Source of the DNA: an uncultured delta proteobacterium
GTDB taxonomy: Bacteria; Desulfobacterota; Syntrophia; Syntrophales; UBA2185
Direction of reading: 5' to 3'
DNA length: 64,000 nucleotides
Assembly (NCBI GenBank): GCA_963695875.1
Contig: CAVOID010000010.1
Location: 1 to 64,000, forward strand
The notes beneath the pieces were generated by a model. The model searched no databases. It saw nothing but the letters and a program-made list of their open reading frames with translations, and was not told the origin of the DNA. Shown piece by piece: positions 61,855 through 64,000 of the stretch (positions within the stretch are counted from its first letter, which is position 1; each line of letters begins with the position of its first letter). The translations under genes were made by a program, and so were the position numbers.

Positions 61855-62883
61855 TCAATCCATGCGCAGAACCTTTGCCCCCCGGATCTTTGCCTCCCTA
61901 AGTTCGACCAGGGCTTTGTTGGCCTCTTCCAATGAAAACTCCTGTACCTCAGGTTTGATGGGAATTTCTGCAGCCAGCTGGAGGAATTCGCTGATGTCCC
62001 TGCGCGCCACGTTTGCCACAGTCTTGATCTCCTTCTCCAGCCACAGATGAGTGGGATAATTCAGTTTCAGAAGGCAGTCTTTGTCGGTATCTTCTTTCCT
62101 GATGGCATTAATCACCAGCCTCCCACCGCAGACAAGGTTTTTCAGGGCCTCCACTATGGGCCTCCAGGCCGGTGTTGTGTCAATAATAGAATGGAGCTTT
62201 TCCGGCGGTTCATCTTCCGTATTCCCAGCCCAGACGGCCCCCAACTCCCGTGCAAAGTCCTGCTCCTTCTGACTCCGGGCAAAAACATAAACACTGGTAT
62301 GAGGATATTTATGGCGTGTCATCTTGAGAACCAGGTGTGCCGAGGCCCCAAAGCCGGTAAGCCCCAGGTTCTGGCCGTCCTTCAGATTTGTCAGCCTCAG
62401 GGATCGGTAGCCGATAGCGCCTGCGCATAGGAGGGGTGCGGCCTCTGCATCGGAAAAGATATCAGGAATAGGGTACGCGAAATTCTCCGGCACGGTCATG
62501 AACCGGGCATACCCTCCATTGGCATCCCTGCCCGTAGCCCTGAATTGTTCACAGACGTTTTCATCTCCTGCGAGACAGGCAGAGCAGCGTCCGCAGGCGG
62601 AAAATATCCAGCCGACACCAACACGCTCACCGGTTTGAAACTTCGTCGCCTTTTTTCCCGCTCCTGCCACCCTGCCAACTGCCTGATGGCCCAGAATGAT
62701 GGGGAATGCCGGCGGCGGTGTCCTCCCTTCGATCTCATCTAACTCCGTATGACAGACCCCGCAGGCGGAAACCTGCACGAGGATTTCCCCTTCTTTCGGA
62801 ACAGGCTCCGGCAGATCGACCAACTCCAGGGGCGTCTTATTATCCCGGAAACTGGAAATGCCATTTAAGATCATTGCCTTCAC
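61855..62883 (-). CDS. Zinc-dependent alcohol dehydrogenase family protein
   Basis: CGVCHT, GHQ, CGRCSAC..C, APLLCAG, GFGAS. Confidence 0.92.
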   Translation of the reverse strand: MKAMILNGISSFRDNKTPLELVDLPEPVPKEGEILVQVSACGVCHTELDEIEGRTPPPAFPIILGHQAVGRVAGAGKKATKFQTGERVGVGWIFSACGRCSACLAGDENVCEQFRATGRDANGGYARFMTVPENFAYPIPDIFSDAEAAPLLCAGAIGYRSLRLTNLKDGQNLGLTGFGASAHLVLKMTRHKYPHTSVYVFARSQKEQDFARELGAVWAGNTEDEPPEKLHSIIDTTPAWRPIVEALKNLVCGGRLVINAIRKEDTDKDCLLKLNYPTHLWLEKEIKTVANVARRDISEFLQLAAEIPIKPEVQEFSLEEANKALVELREAKIRGAKVLRMD

Positions 62884-63141
62884 GGTTATGTTCTCCTTTC
62901 ACCGGACGATTTCTTCATAAATTCGTATTCTATTGGACCTCTACATGTCTCGCATATCAAGAGGGGTTTTCAGCCCCACGTCCTTCTTACCGACGACATT
63001 AATGCAAATCACATATCCAAAACATTAATTGGTTTAACTGCTCAATATGATTCATTCTTGACAAACAAATGTATTTTACTTAAAAGTAGTTTATCAAGTC
63101 AAGCAGCGAGTAATCCGTAAGATTATAGAGGATGTTGTGAA

Positions 63142-63709
63142 ATGCGCCGTTGTGAGTGGGCTAGCACTGCAGATCCTGATAGCCTATCATGATCTTGAAT
63201 GGGGTGTACCGATTCATGACGATCGACCCCTCTTCGAGTTCCTCATCTTGGAGGGTATGCAGGCAGGTCTGAGCTGGGAGACTATCTTGAAAAAGCGCGA
63301 GAGCTACCGTGCTGCATTCGATTACTTTGACGCCACTGCCATTGCGGCTTATAAGCAAAGCAAGGTTAGGGAGTTGCTTGCGAATGAGGGTATCATACGC
63401 AATCGGTTGAAGATTGAGGCCGCCATCCAGAATGCCAAATCGCTACTCGCTGTTCAGAAGGAGTTCGGCAGCTTCAACGAGTACGTCTGGAGATTCGTCG
63501 GTGGTCGGCCTAAGCAGAACAATTGGCGATCACCTGAAGATGTTCCCGCTCAGACACCTGAATCCGATGCGCTGAGTAAAGATTTGCGGCGATACGGGTT
63601 TAAGTTCGTGGGTCCAACAATCTGCTATGCCTTCATGCAAGCAGTGGGAATGGTCAATGATCACCTCGTGGATTGTTTCCGGTACAAAGAGGTCAGCTTA
63701 TTGGCCTGA
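63142..63709 (+). CDS. tag: DNA-3-methyladenine glycosylase I (frameshift near 63175)
   Basis: MRRCEWA..YHDLEWG..QAGLSW..IIRNRLKI..GMVNDH..C. Confidence 0.92.
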
Positions 63710-63825
63710 CTGCCACAGCTTATGTCACTCCTTAACCGGGCATTGAAGGAGGTTTGAAACGGATAAACCGGTGAGCGCCATGTTATTTATGTAGTCTGAT
63801 GCTTAACAACTTATAGGAGGTGAAC

Positions 63826-64000
63826 ATGTTAAAGCGTTATTTCGTATTGGGGTTAATATTTCTCCTTCCATTATTTGCCGGATGTCAGAAAGCGAGTATT
63901 GATCCGGAAAAGATAAAGGAGTTCCCGATCAACAGCATCGATGGGGTTATAACCCGATCAGATGTAACCTTCGACAAGAGTGTTTCGAGCGATGGAAATG
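63826..64000 (+). CDS. Lipoprotein, runs off the window end
   Basis: AGGAGG RBS; signal peptide ending FAGC. Confidence 0.65.
   Translation, partial: MLKRYFVLGLIFLLPLFAGCQKASIDPEKIKEFPINSIDGVITRSDVTFDKSVSSDGN

Noticed and set aside
17843..63709. Frameshifts in the spermidine synthase fusion, deacetylase, HI0933 flavoprotein, pgm, carboxyltransferase, CoA-transferases and tag as programmed frameshifting or pseudogenisation
   Set aside because: Scattered single indels in otherwise intact conserved genes with no common slippery motif; long-read consensus error is the simpler explanation.
1..64000. tRNA, rRNA or selenoprotein genes
   Set aside because: None recognised by eye; tRNAscan-SE, cmscan and a bacterial SECIS search would be needed to exclude them.

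Overview
The window has two compositionally different parts. Positions 1 to ~5000 are a very GC-rich, frameshift-riddled mosaic: a truncated msrB, a tandem radical SAM gene, a membrane protein and a glycoside-hydrolase-like fragment. It joins the rest abruptly and is probably a chimeric or low-coverage contig end. From ~5000 to 64000 the sequence is moderate-GC chromosome whose gene content suggests an anaerobic deltaproteobacterium (Syntrophales-like; inference). The 5-17 kb region holds accessory and envelope genes, degenerate attC-like sites and a HEPN/MNT toxin-antitoxin pair. The 17-44 kb region is mixed housekeeping with many short palindromic repeats and MITE-like elements. The 44.7-61.6 kb region holds a near-complete branched-chain fatty acid (isovalerate-type) catabolic cluster: transporter, two CoA-transferases, isovaleryl-CoA dehydrogenase, an MccB-like carboxyltransferase with no adjacent biotin carboxylase, a hydratase, two different HMG-CoA-lyase-fold enzymes, and a PccA/PccB-like pair. 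The most notable non-coding signals are a recurring structured leader plus terminator (13.5 kb, 61.7 kb, weaker at 57.0 kb) and a 59-bp inverted repeat between the divergent catabolic operons, whose core recurs upstream of a Cache-domain gene. Several core genes carry frameshifts that are most likely long-read errors. All calls come from reading motifs by eye; no searches were run.
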